64,000 nucleotides of DNA from contig NC_043002.1 of NCBI RefSeq assembly GCF_006345805.1, forward strand, positions 6,386,001-6,450,000, read 5' to 3'. How positions within the stretch are numbered: position 1 is the first letter of the stretch; each line of letters starts with the position of its first letter. This document shows, in pieces, positions 50,880 through 63,434 of this stretch. Under the pieces are notes generated by a model that saw only the letters and a list, made by a program, of their open reading frames with translations, ran no database searches and had not been told where the DNA came from. The position numbers and the translations under genes are program-made. This DNA comes from Octopus sinensis. Taxonomy: Eukaryota.

Positions 50880-50910
<31 letters not shown>
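50741..50910 (+). mobile_element. R4/Dong-like LINE extreme 3' end, in (AAT)n
   Basis: GAAAACAGCACTGCTTGGAACC...TTACCTTAGTTCACTGGTAGTGAACAGCTG...GTGCAAAG matches 22530-22665; (AAT)n on both sides. Confidence 0.88.
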
Positions 50911-50912
<2 letters not shown>

Positions 50913-52229
50913 TCCAACGGCAACAACAAATACTATAATAGTAATTTTTACCAGGAGAAAAACAGTGTTTTCACTTGGTAAAAACCATATCATGAACAAC
51001 AGAGAATAAAACAAGAACAACAGAAACTTCACAAACGGTGTAGGTGCCTCTTAAGGTTGATTAAAGAATCCCACATATTTAAATAACTATGACCCTTACC
51101 TGGTATCACTTTTCGGCCTACAGTTTCTTTCTAGCCTATTCATTCAAATGTATAAGCCATTTTCACCAAACTATCAACAAAGATACTGGCAGACAGCATG
51201 CACACCATTCGCTCGTATCACCCCTCCGCGTGGAACTAGAAAAAATCATAAATATCAGGCAGTGACAACGGAAAGGTCTACTTCAACGCAGACAGCAAAA
51301 CACTAACATTTAAAAGGGACAGACGAACTTGCGAGCTGAAAAAAAAAAAATATTGGAAACCAACGTTTGAAGGGATAGAATCTGAGGATAGTAGATTTCT
51401 GGCATTTCTTAACGACGGACAGCAACGTAGTGGCAGTTTAAAGGCTGGCGTAAAATTTTGAACTTGATGTAAAAGAAAATTCGTAAACACCAAGTTTTGA
51501 AGTGATTCTTTCTCACGACAGTAGACTCACCATGGCAAGAATTCAAAACTTCTTCATCATGGAATGCAACACATTGAAGATTTAAAGGCTAGCGCAAATT
51601 TTTTAGCTTGATGTAATAGAGAATACCTAAACACCCGCTCCTATAAATTTTAATCCCCTCTCAGCCCCATTTAGACCCCTTTTCACATTTTGGTTAATAT
51701 AACTCGATTTCATTCAGGTCTACACAGGCCACATTCTATAAGATGAGGAATTTTGTCCCAGAGGTCACGCCTTTCATTTGAGGAAAAAAATAGTTGCCAT
51801 GCAAACTCGCCAGCACTTTTAACATAGGTGTGCATATTTTCAGCTCAACCGACCACATAATGCACACATTATATATATATATATATGTGTGTATGTGTGT
51901 ACGCATATATACAAATGTATACAAATTATATATATATAATTATATATATATATATAGGCACGGGGCAGGAATTTTTGGGGAAGTGGGGCCAGTCGATTAG
52001 ATCGCGGGTGTGTGAAACATCCACCTCACTGGTATGTCTGTTGAATCCACATAAATATGGGTATTATGCAAATTACAAAAAAAATTAAATAGAGAGCTAT
52101 CCTTCACAATCCAATAACTTATTTATATTATAACCTAATAAATTTTGAATAAACATAAAAATAAAAAAATAAAAAATCCGTCTCGTTTATGTCGAAGACA
52201 ATCTTTCGCTATTACAATAACATGCAACA

Positions 52230-52480
52230 ATCTATATGTATAAAACTGACAATGTGTGTGTGTCTGTCTGTCTGTCTGTCTGAGTGAATCCCCAAAACTT
52301 GAGAACTACACAACCAATTTCATTCAAATTTTACACATGTCTTACTTAGGGTCTTACTTAGCTCACTGGGCTCACTGTCCACGGCTACGAGTCCGGTCTG
52401 GTCCGGTCCGGTCCGGTTCGATTCGGTTCGGTTCGGCTTGGCTCGGCTCGGCAAAGGATAACATTGAAAACGAAATTGTA
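52230..52480 (+). mobile_element. Helentron/DINE-1-like non-autonomous element (HINE), partial
   Basis: ATCTATATGTATAAAA start, (GTCT)n microsatellite, AACTACACAACCAATTTCATTCAAATTTTAC core-like block. No 3' hairpin seen. Confidence 0.6.
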
Positions 52481-52804
52481 AGCAGATGCAAACATAAGTT
52501 AGGTAACATAAAAACCTGTGTGTGTGTATGCATGTCTGTGTATATATATGTATGTTGGTGTATGTGTGTATGTATTTGTATGCTTGTATCTGTATGTGCA
52601 TGCATATGTATTTATGTATGTGTATGGATATGTGTGTGTATGTGCATGTCTGTGTGTACATGTATGTATGTATGTTTATGTATGTGTGTATATATGCATT
52701 TATGTAAGTCCATGTATGTATGTATGTGAATGTACGCCTGTCTATGTATGCATATGCATGTATATATAAATACGCATGTGTATGTCTGTATTTACATACA
52801 TACA

Positions 52805-53947
52805 TTTACCGGCAAAATTAGACCGTACCATTATAATTTTATTTAAAGCTGAAGTTTGTAGCGAAAATGAGCAACAAGAACGAAATACATATTAGTACTT
52901 TGTGTTGTAGTCTTCATTGTTAACAACTAGTGAACAACGCCTCGGCATTGAATTCGCTAATTGATTACAAAATTCTATGGGAATGTTTTGCCATATTTCA
53001 TTGATACAATCGAATAATTGTTTTAGATTAGATGGTTTTTTTAACATAATTCTGCAAGTTCTCGATCGGATTTAGGTTCGGGCTCTGGGGAGGCCATTCC
53101 ATTACGTCAATATTATGGTGATCAAATAATTCCATAACCTTTTGGATTTGTGCACAGGACTATTGTCCTGCTGATAAGTAGACCTCGGAGGCATTTGGTG
53201 AGTCAAATATGGCACAACATTATCCTTTATTAGATTCATAAAACCTACACAATTTAGCTTTCCATCACCTTTAACTAGAGGGCCAACACCAAAGCTACTA
53301 AATGCCGCCCACACCATCACCCCACCAACGCTTGCATCGTCTTTTTCACGCATTTCGGATGGAATTCCTCGGTTGGACGACGTCTGACATATGTTTTACC
53401 ATCTGATCCAAATATTCAGAAGCGTGACTCGTCACTCCAAAGGACCCTGCACCAATCTTCGGCAGTCCATAGAGCATGGCTTTTTGCGAAATTAAGGCGT
53501 TTGAGTCGACTTTTTCTAATATTATTGGCTTTTTCCTAGCGATTCGTCCATGTAGTCCAAATTCTCTCAAACGGTTGCGGACGGTTTATGGTGTAAAAAT
53601 AACACCATTCTCATTGGACAAATGTCAACGTCTGTCAGCATTCAGTTGCCTTCCGAGAGTCGGTGGATTCGACGGTCCAACTGCGCCATCGTTTTTCTTG
53701 GGGCGCCAGTCCTTTGCCGATCTCTCACATTTCTTCTGCACTTTCAAATTCTTCAGAGGAACAGATAAAGCCACGTTTCATCTTTCATTTCGCACGATAT
53801 TTGTTACGCTTGTTTGATGACTGGATCATAGCTGAGCTGGTGGCGTTGCTGCAGTTCTTATTCTGGCGTTTGATGCTCATTATGGTGTTAATCTTTTCCC
53901 GCTCCAGTGTTGTTTTGTTGTTTAACAGAATTGTTTCGTAGTCTGAC
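52805..53947 (-). mobile_element. Tc1-family transposon, decayed
   Basis: TGAPRKT (GRPR-like), VRNRLREFGLHGRIARKKP, WSDESRF, GGVMVWAAFS, YQQDNSPVH, EWPPQSPNLNPIENL; putative terminal repeat TA|CATTTACCGGCAAAATTAGACCG. The 5' boundary is uncertain. Confidence 0.88.
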
Positions 53948-53962
53948 AGGTTATTGGTGGAA

Positions 53963-54375
53963 TTTCGTGACTGGCAGAAACGTTAACGCACCGGGCGAAA
54001 TGCGTAGCCGTATTTCGTCTGCCGTTACGTTCTGAGTTCAAATTCCGCCAAAGTCGACTTTACCTTTCATCCTTTCGGGGTCGATAAATTAAGTACCAGT
54101 TACGCACTGGGGTCGATGTAATCGACTTAATCCGTTTGTCTGTCCTTGTTTGTTCTCTCTGTGCTCAGCCCCTTGTGGGTAGTAAAGAAATAGGTATTTC
54201 GTCTGCCGTTACGTTCTGAGTTCAAATTCTGCCGAGGTCGACTTTGTCTTTCATCTTTTCGGGGTCGATAAATTAAGTACCAGTTACGCACTGGGGTCGA
54301 TGCAATCGACCTAATCCGTTTCTGTGTCCTTGTTTGTCCCCTCTGTGTTTAGCCCCTTGTGGGTAATAAAGAAAT
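53963..54375 (+). mobile_element. SINE family C tandem dimer enclosed by one 15-bp TSD
   Basis: TSD AGGTTATTGGTGGAA at 53948-53962 and 54376-54390; internal junction AAAGAAATAG|GTATTTC at ~54193. Confidence 0.93.
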
Positions 54376-54969
54376 AGGTTATTGGTGGAACTGAATCTTT
54401 CGTCCTCATCCACCTCTGTGGAAGACAATGGTAGTGGTAGCAGTAATGGTATTGTTAACTGAGAACTGCAGAAAGTGGGTTTCGATGAAAAATGAAAACG
54501 CTTCTTCCTCAGTATGTGTTCTCTGCAATCATGACAGTAAACTGTCATGTTGTTTTGAATAAGTCAATAAAAAAATATATTCAGAAAAAATATATAAGTA
54601 GAAAAGTGCAGTCAAAAATGGCGCTATCCAGTTGGTTGAAGCAGTTGTGTCTGCAACATGAAGAAATACAAAAATCACGAAATTAATAACAAGTCACTAA
54701 TAGGGACAAAAGGCTTCCTGGGAGAGGAATCTTATCGACTCTCTCGGTGGTTCTTTAACACTGAAACCATTTCAGGGGCCGGCTCTAGTCGTTGTCTCTT
54801 GTTGACCACCGCTTTCTTTTGCTGTAACAATTTTTACGATTCCATACTAAAAGTATAGCAACTAAGCTCTTCGCAGTAAACCGCCAATATAATTGCTTTC
54901 ATTTTGTTTTTCTCCACTACGATGGAAGATGGCTCCATGTTGTTCTTGTGGTAGTGGTAGTGGAGCATC

Positions 54970-55197
54970 GGCGGGCTGGTAGAAACGTTAACGCGCCGGG
55001 CGAAATGCTTAGTGGTATTTTCTCTGCTGCTACGTTCTGAGTTCAAATTCCGCCGAGGTTGACTTTGCCTTTTATCATTTCGGGGTCAATTAAATAAGTA
55101 CCAGTTACGCACTGGGGTCGATATAATCGACTTGATCCGTTTGTCTGTCCTTGTTTGTCCCTTCTGCGTTTAGCCCCTTGTGGGTAGTAAAGAAATG
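54970..55197 (+). mobile_element. SINE family C, full length with 14-bp TSD
   Basis: TSD GGTAGTGGAGCATC at 54956-54969 and 55198-55211. Confidence 0.94.
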
Positions 55198-56323
55198 GGT
55201 AGTGGAGCATCAGCCCTTGTATACCCACGCTGATCCATTTATTCACATACAGTTGCATTCACCACCAAACTTGTACTGTAAAACATGTGTCAACAACACT
55301 CACTACCTCATATCAGATTTAAATGGGTAGAAAAGTGGCACCCGTATGTGTTTCAGGTACCCTCGATACACTGGCCAGTTTTTGTTTTCTTCCTTACAAT
55401 TTGCAATTTATTCGCTTGTGATGATATTGAAGAGCACTTCCGTTTCTGCATGACAGAGTTATGCTACCACCCGGCTAACATAACATAATATATCATCAAA
55501 TTATTTTTTTTTCATCCGGTAGCTTATGTACGTTCACTGTTTCTATCTGGTTCATAATTTTACCAAAATTGTTGTTTTGATTTCAAATTTTACATTTGTC
55601 AAAGTGTTACAATCAATGTTTACGGATGTGTTTATGTGTTTAATTGTAGTTTGATTATGTTTCTTTTCTGTGAATACTTCAAAGAATTAGTGTCTGTATT
55701 CGTGTGAAGGCGCGTTGTTTAGTGGTAAGGAGCATTCGGATTACGATCGTAAGTTTGTGGGTTCATTTCCTAGCATTCTCATACAGAATGAGAATGTCTG
55801 ATAATGTGGACCGGTCAATAAGGATCGGGAAAAGTACGAATACCTGAACAGAGTAAAGTATGTCATAAGAACTCTCATCCTACAAGCAGCATAACATTCA
55901 CATCACAATTGCCAACCTTCTCGTTACAATTATATTTGGCCTTATGGATTGAGTACTAAGCATTTCATCATGAGCTGGAAGTATGCTCATGGGGTGTGTT
56001 TCTAGAGGCTTCAACATTACCAGATATAGACAAATCATGTTTCCAATGCAAAGATGTCGTGCCCTCAAATTTATTAACATCATGTGGCATGGGTGATCTA
56101 ACATCGAGACAAACTCTTCTGCTGAAAACTGGGTCAGCAATGATCTGAGGAATGGTTGTGAGTACGAAAATAATGCACCTTTAGGACAAGTAGTAAACTT
56201 CTTGTGGTGACATTTGAAAAGTATATGCATATGTGTATACGTTATATATACATGCACACTCAAATATATAAATATATATATATGTATATATGTGTATTTA
56301 TATGTGTATGTATATATATACAT

Positions 56324-56364
<41 letters not shown>

Positions 56365-56469
56365 CAAATATATATATATCACCGGATAACGAGATAAAGA
56401 ATTTAAAAATTGGCCAGTTCCCCAGGAAGGTTATACATGGGTAATTTAAACAAAAAATCACAGACCATA

Positions 56470-57225
56470 AAAGTAAGAAACTACATTAAAAACCTGGCAC
56501 GTAGAACCAAAATGTTTTAAATTTTGAAATTACCCCCAAGAAATCCAAGAGCAAGAAATAACTACAAGATACCTTCTGCACAAAAAGCAGATTTCATCAG
56601 GTGAAAACAAATGTAGACTCTGCAGAAACTAAAGCCGGAAGTATTACTCGTATCATGGCCAATTATGAGAGAAAGTACTCTATATAGTACCTTTGCATGA
56701 GGCATGAAGTGTTTACCAGAGCAATCTGTAATAGAGCTTGTAAAAAAATTAACACCACTTGAGCGTGAATATACTGTGAGTAATAGACCATAAAAATCTT
56801 GCAGAAATTTAAGGATAAAAAAAAGAAGAGGAATAAAATTTTAAAATAGCGTATTTCATATTCTTGTTTGATTCAATATATAAAAAAAAAAGTCATGCAT
56901 TTTAGTGAAAGTCAGTTTCTTACGCCACATCAATGAGGTAAGAATATATATGTACCGATGATGAGGAGCCTGAAGATCAGCTCAATGCCAACACATTGGA
57001 TCAAAGTTTCTCTGAACATAAAGAAAGACTGTTACACCGTAATTCACGCGGCACAATATGAGGGACAATGCAAAATCACAAGACATATCATTATAAAAGA
57101 ATGACAGTTTGAGCAGAGAAGGAAGAAGATAATAAATACTTAGAAAATCCGATGTGAGTCCAGTGCGACAACAGATGGATGAAACATCAAGTAACGGAAT
57201 ATTGAAAGATGAAACAATACCTATT
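56470..57225 (+). mobile_element. Highly decayed RLE-type non-LTR retrotransposon, related to 8640-9860
   Basis: QEQEITTRYLLHKKQISSGENKCRLC...MRHEVF; later QCDNRWMKHQ. Confidence 0.6.
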
Positions 57226-57345
57226 TCTTTACTTCACAGAAGGGCTAAACATAGAGGGGACAAACAAGGACAGACAAACGGATTAAGTCGATTACATCGA
57301 CCCCAGTGCGTAACTGGTACTTATTTAATCGACTCCAAAAAGGAT
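57226..57345 (-). mobile_element. SINE family C 3' fragment
   Basis: CCTATTTCTTTAC..GGCTAAACATAGAGGGGACAAACAAGG..CTGGTACTTATTTAATCGAC. Confidence 0.88.
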
Positions 57346-57634
57346 GAATACCGTTGTCTGGGTCTCTACTTCTTCCAAACTCTCACTGTGTCTGTCTGTC
57401 TGTCTGCCTGTGTTTTTCTCTCTTTCTCTCAGTGATGGTATTTGTATATCACGTATGTATATATGAATGTATTTAGATATGTGTGTATGTGTGTAAATAT
57501 ATATATATGTGTGTGTGTGTATGTAGATATATATACACATACATAAATGCATATAGATTTATATATACACCCCCACACATATAGTCAATATATAAATATA
57601 TACATTTATATATACATATATATATATATTATAT

Positions 57635-57666
<32 letters not shown>

Positions 57667-57955
57667 GGTGTGTGTATATATACATTTATATACATACATA
57701 TATAATGAGGGAAAAAGAGAGAAAGACAGAAAGAGAAAAGAGAAGGAGAAAGTGAGAATCGTTACCGATAAGTCATTGAAAAGGGTTTTTATCACTAAAG
57801 ATTTGTCTTATCCATATCTGGTATCGATCTTAGAGTATATACATAAATTCATGCTCTTACAAGGAACACACCGATACACAGACGTGCGCAAATATACACT
57901 CAAACACATATATACTTACATGTCTCGTTATCCGGTGATATATATATATATATGT

Positions 57956-58003
<48 letters not shown>

Positions 58004-58374
58004 CATACACATATAAATACACATATATACATATATATATATATTTATATCTTTGAGTGTGAAATGTATATATAACGTATACGCATATGCATATACGTAT
58101 TTGCATATGTAAATATGCCTATACATTTGCGTACATACGTATATACGTACACAAACGCACGCACATTGGCACGGACACGTACTCACATATAAAAGTACAT
58201 ACACACGTAAATATATTTCCCTCAAAAATCAAGAAACGAAGCGAATCAACATAACGCACGCTTCGTTGCAATCAATTGAATACTATTGAACCAAACTATA
58301 CAGCCTTATTAGGCACACACAAAGATAGTAGTACTTCATTATGTATATATGTGTATATATTATATATAATATGC

Positions 58375-58419
<45 letters not shown>

Positions 58420-58499
58420 CATTATATATATATACATATATATATATTACATATATATATATACATATATATATATATACATATATATGTATACATATA

Positions 58500-58535
<36 letters not shown>

Positions 58536-59596
58536 CATAATATATATACATATATATATATATACGTATATATATATATATATACATATTGTGCCTAAGT
58601 TAATTTCCATATCTATATACGCACACACGCGCACACATATATGTATGTATATATGTAGTTGCATATATATATATATATATGTGTGTGTGTGTATGTGTGT
58701 GTGTGCGTGCGTGTGCGTACGTATGTATGTGTGTGTGTATCACTACGTATGTATGTATGTGTGTGTGAGTGTGTGTATGTGTGCGTGTGTGTGCATATAC
58801 ATGTGCGTGTAGTATGTATGTAGTTATGGAGCATACTCCTGTATCTGTGTATGAATATCCATCTGTATCCACTAAAGACGCATATTTATTGCTATGCTTC
58901 CATCTGTAACAGTCACAGTTTTTCTTTGTTGTTTTTTGTTTTTCCCTCCTACCTGCCATTTTACATATGAGTGCGCGCTGTAAACAAATATACCACAATG
59001 AACACAAAGCGAATCGCAGTCCTTATGATAATAGTTCTCCGAAGACTTAACGATCCGATTAGGTCTCCAATGTATATGTTATCTTTCATAACTTGCCTCA
59101 CACATACACATAGAAAGCCGAGCCAACGCAGAAACCTCTGCCTGGTCATTCAAAGTGTTAGAAGTCGCAGCCAAAACCGAACCTCACATCGCATTCTGTT
59201 GTCTAAACAATAAACCGAAGGAAGCATTGGACCATTTTTCTTCCTACAAACATGAAGCTTTGAAACAAAAAAAAGTGTTGATTAAGGCTTGAATATCTTT
59301 ATTCGAAGGTTTGCACAATTACAACAGTAAAATATAACATTAGCAACAAAGTAAGATAGTATATGCAAATAAAAGGATAGGAAGGAAGGAAGGAAAAAAG
59401 GAATGAAGGAGGAAACGGAGATGGAGAAATGACTTATTTGTGTGTATATGTTTCTTATAACCCATGCAAATATGTGTGTAGCAATGTGTGTGTCTGTGTG
59501 TGTATAACCATGCACAAACACACACATATATGCATACACACATGGAAGTTCAAACACATGAATTCACACGCCCATATGTATTTAATATATACACAC

Positions 59597-59661
<65 letters not shown>

Positions 59662-60052
59662 TAATAAACTGAATATGTTTTTGTGTGCTACTATTAGTTT
59701 CATGTGCTGAGAACATGCCAAACTGTGTTTTTTAACATGCTGGTGTTCTTGCACAATCGTCAGACTCTGCCCACACGGCATAACGAACTATAAAATGGGT
59801 CGCTCATTTTTAGCTCATTATGGTATGTGGGCAGTGTTTAGTGATTGTGCTAGGACACCATTTGTGTTAAAAAACACTATTTGGTTTGTTCCTAGCACAT
59901 GAGACTAATAGTAGTACATAAAATATATATTGTGTTCATTAAATAAAATTTATCTCTCACCAGATCGAGTACATTTACAGCGATTCTGCTCCTATTTCAG
60001 TTGTCAGAATCTTGCTTATATTTTATACACACACACAGACACACACACACAT

Positions 60053-60120
<68 letters not shown>

Positions 60121-60124
<4 letters not shown>

Positions 60125-60295
60125 GGGAATTTACGACAAAACAAAGACGAAGACAGGTGGTGTGAAAACAACATATGTATTAGTATAACGCTCAGGAATA
60201 GAAAAAGTCTTTTACGTTTCGAGCCTACGCTCTTTTACAGAAAGGGACACAGAAAAAAACAGGAGAGAAACGAGGAGAAAAAAAAATGTGTGTAC
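60121..60295 (-). mobile_element. Probable Penelope-like pLTR fragment between (TA)n tracts
   Basis: Contains the minimal hammerhead-like motif at 60207-60248; single copy in the window. Confidence 0.5.
60207..60248 (-). ncRNA. Minimal type I hammerhead-like motif with variant core
   Basis: CTTT CTGTAAAA GAGC-GTAG-GCTC GAAAC GT A AAAG: stems I and II intact, ACGT palindrome, GUA triplet; core differs from CUGANGA at two positions. Confidence 0.5.
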
Positions 60296-60352
60296 ATTAC
60301 TGATCTATCCTTTAGAGCGTATTTCTTTTCGGATATTTGATCCACTGACAAT

Positions 60353-60446
<94 letters not shown>

Positions 60447-60496
60447 CTGTGTGGTGTGTATTATATATATATATATATATAATATATATATATATG

Positions 60497-60830
60497 GTGG
60501 TGGCCGCCCTCTCGTTATCGAGTATGGCTATTGCACGAAGCTTAATCAATGTTGTTATCGTGCAATGCCTGTGCAAGAATACTTTTTTTTAAGTGAGGAA
60601 AGGCTGTGCACTGAGTCAATCCCACTCACTAAGCAACAGCAGCCATAATCCGAAAAGAAAAACAAGTCAACATCATCGGTTAACCACTGAGCCGCAGGTT
60701 TTATGTCGGAGTTATCCCAGTTACCTGAGTTACCTTCTCCTAGAAGGATGCCCTAACAAAGTCTAGGATCCTTCATCTCCAATGGTTTAACCGCGCGATT
60801 CGGGTATCAGCCGATTATTTCAATGTACCC
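60497..60830 (-). mobile_element. Sequence resembling an RTE 5' UTR region
   Basis: Reverse complement contains CGCGCGGTTAAACC..CCTAGAC..TTAGGGCATCC..CTAGGAGAAGG..AACTC and GAGTGGGATTGACTCAGTGCACAG..GTATTCTTGCACAGGCATTGCACGA, recalled as RTE-like leaders; not verified. Confidence 0.4.
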
Positions 60831-60833
60831 GCG

Positions 60834-60873
<40 letters not shown>

Positions 60874-61204
60874 ACACAATATCATATTGAATTGACAGGC
60901 TAACTGGTACTCTAATTGCTTGAATGTCATTAGAATTGATAAAAAGAAAAAAGAACATAGGTTCTTTTAAGTCATTATTCTGGCTACATCTCGAAGCAAA
61001 CTATTTATAAAATAATAGTTTATAATACACTAGTGTAAAAATCCCTTTGATGTAAAAAGCAACCTATGGGATTCAAGCCATGCATTCTTCCGTAAAAATT
61101 TTTAACAAGAAATTTTTTAATACTTAGAACGCAAATATAGGGGCATCGAAAAATATGTACAAATATAGCTTGTATTTTTTAGTCCGAGATAAGAAAAGAG
61201 CCTC

Positions 61205-61620
61205 TATTTCTTTACTATCCACAAGGGGCTAAACACAGAGGGGACAAACAAGGACAGACAAACGGATTAAGTCGATTATATCGACCCCAGTGCGTAACTG
61301 GTACTTATTTAATCGACCCCGAAAGGATGAAAGGCAAAGTCGACCTCGGCGGAATTTGAACTCAGAACGTAGCGGCAGACGAAATACCTATTTCTTTATT
61401 GCCCACAAGGGGCTAAACATAGAGGGGACAAACAAGTACAGACAAACGGATTAAGTCGTTTACATCGACCCCAGTGCGTAACTGGTACTTAATTTAATGA
61501 TCCCGAAAAGATGAAAGGCAAAGTCGACCTCGGCGGAATTTGAACTTAGAACGTAACGGCCGACCAAAATTCGGCTACGCATTTCGCCCGGCGTGCAACG
61601 TTTCTGCCAGCTCGCCGCCT
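61205..61620 (-). mobile_element. SINE family C tandem dimer
   Basis: One head, two bodies and tails; junction AAAGAAATAG|GTATTTC at ~61381-61397. Confidence 0.92.
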
Positions 61621-61959
61621 TTTATACCAATGAGCGCTGATTCAACAGACACATGATGAAAGGTGTTACTGCAATGATCATTCATATTATTTTGTGCATA
61701 CGTATATCAGGCCAGGGTCCTGCACGATTTGAGGCTCTGGCTATTTACGGTGGTTCAAGTCTCACCAAAGTTCAATTTGATTTTCTTCCGACTGATAAAG
61801 TCTTTTATTATTTTTCTTCCCCTCATCTCCCTCATGCACACACACTCACAGACACTCACTCACACACGCACACATACACACACACACACACATGCACACA
61901 CACGCACATACACACATACACACTCGCTCACACAATTGGCTACGTTGTCCAGGAGAGGC

Positions 61960-62705
61960 CATTCACAGCATCTCCTTCGGGAGAAACGAAGAAAAAGAAG
62001 AGCAAGTTGGGGATGAAGATGAGGAGGTGAAGAAGGAGGTGGAGAAGGAGGAGGAAGAGGAGAATAAGAAAGAGGAGGAAGTGGCAGAGGAGAACAAGAG
62101 GAAGAAGAAGGAGAGGAGAACGGGAGGAAGAAGGAGGAGGAGGACGACGAGGAAGAAAAGGAGAACGAGGAGAAATAAAAGGAAAAAGAGAAGAAGAAAA
62201 AGGAGAAAGAGAAGAAGAACGTGGAGGATGAGGAGGAGGAGAACGGGAGGAAGAAGGAGGAGGACGACGACGAGGAAGAAAAGGAGAACGAGGAGAAAGA
62301 GAAGAAGAAGGAAAAGAAAAAAAGAAGAAGAAGAAAGAGAAGAACGTGGAGGATGAGGAGGAGGAGAACGAGAAGAAGAAGAAGAACGTGGAGGATGAGG
62401 AGGAGGAGAACGAGAAGAAGAACGTGGAGGATGAGGAGGAGGAGAACGAGAAGAAGAAGAAGGAGGAGGAGGGGAGGAGGGGGAGGAGGAGGAGAACGAT
62501 AAGTAGAAGAAGAACGTGGAGGATGAGGAGGAGGAGGAGGAGAAGAAGAAGAAGAAGAAGAAGAAGAAGAAGACGAAGAAGAGAAGAAGAAGAAAGAAGA
62601 GGACGAAGAAGAAGAAAGAAAGAAGAAGAAGAAGAAGAAGAAGAAGAAGAAGAAGAAGAAGAAGAAGAAGAAGAAGAAGAAGAAGAAGAAGAAGAAGAAG
62701 AAAGC
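61960..62705. repeat. Purine-rich (GAA)/(GAG)n tract with an internal higher-order unit
   Basis: AACGTGGAGGATGAGGAGGAGGAG occurs five times between 62217 and 62540. Confidence 0.92.
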
Positions 62706-63434
62706 TACGATTTGAGGCCAGTTGAGCACTTTGAGTGACAGTTTAAAGATGTTTCCGTATGTAAGTGCAGCAAACACACGGAGGTATCGTCGTCGTCGTC
62801 GTAGTCTCTGCTCTGCAATACAGTTAAGAGCGCTTCGTTCTTTCTCTGTTTTTATTGTGGTAAATATTTTTTGTTTGCCGATGAAATAAACTTTAATAAA
62901 AGGATTCTTATCAGCAATTCGATCAAAAACACATAAGATTAATGAAGGAGTGTGTTTAGAACGGAGGGCTAGAGGCACTGTCACCATCCCCTCAAATGAA
63001 ATAATAATAAAATATCAATAACAAAATAACTATTAAAAGTATTTTTCGGATCTTTCTCAAATCATCCTCTGTCTTAAAAGAAGGACACGCTGGATAACGT
63101 ATTTCTAGATATAGAGGGCAGGGTGGCAGGAAAACCTTTTATTGTGGACCCACAATGTAAATAGATAAATTGGAAAGAAAAAAAGGAGAAAAAAAGACAA
63201 AGACACAGAAACAAGGAAAGAAGGAAAGAAAAAGAAAGAAGGAAGGAAAGGAAAAACGCTGAAACATTTAATTGATGTCCGGTGCTTCGGTGCTCGGACA
63301 AGTCTATAAGCGCACTTGAATTAACGAGTAAAATAGTAAGCGATTAGTTACAAAGCAACATGCCGTATAACTAGATCATATCGAAAATAGTCCTTGTTTC
63401 CTTGCACTTATTTTGCTTTATGGAGAGTCTGTAG

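Noticed and set aside
53790-54548. ~110-codon minus-strand frame restored by removing the SINE dimer
   Set aside because: Peptide unrecognisable and overlapping the decayed Tc1 5' region; length compatible with chance.
55898-56200. Open frames on both strands upstream of the decayed RLE LINE
   Set aside because: No recognisable motif or splice context; may be further LINE debris.
62340-62460. Regularly repeated units as a CRISPR-like array
   Set aside because: No unique spacers, low complexity, eukaryotic context, no cas genes.
61860-62987. 375-aa ORF and poly-E/K/R ORFs resembling acidic or basic proteins
   Set aside because: (GAA)/(GAG)n tract open in nearly all frames.
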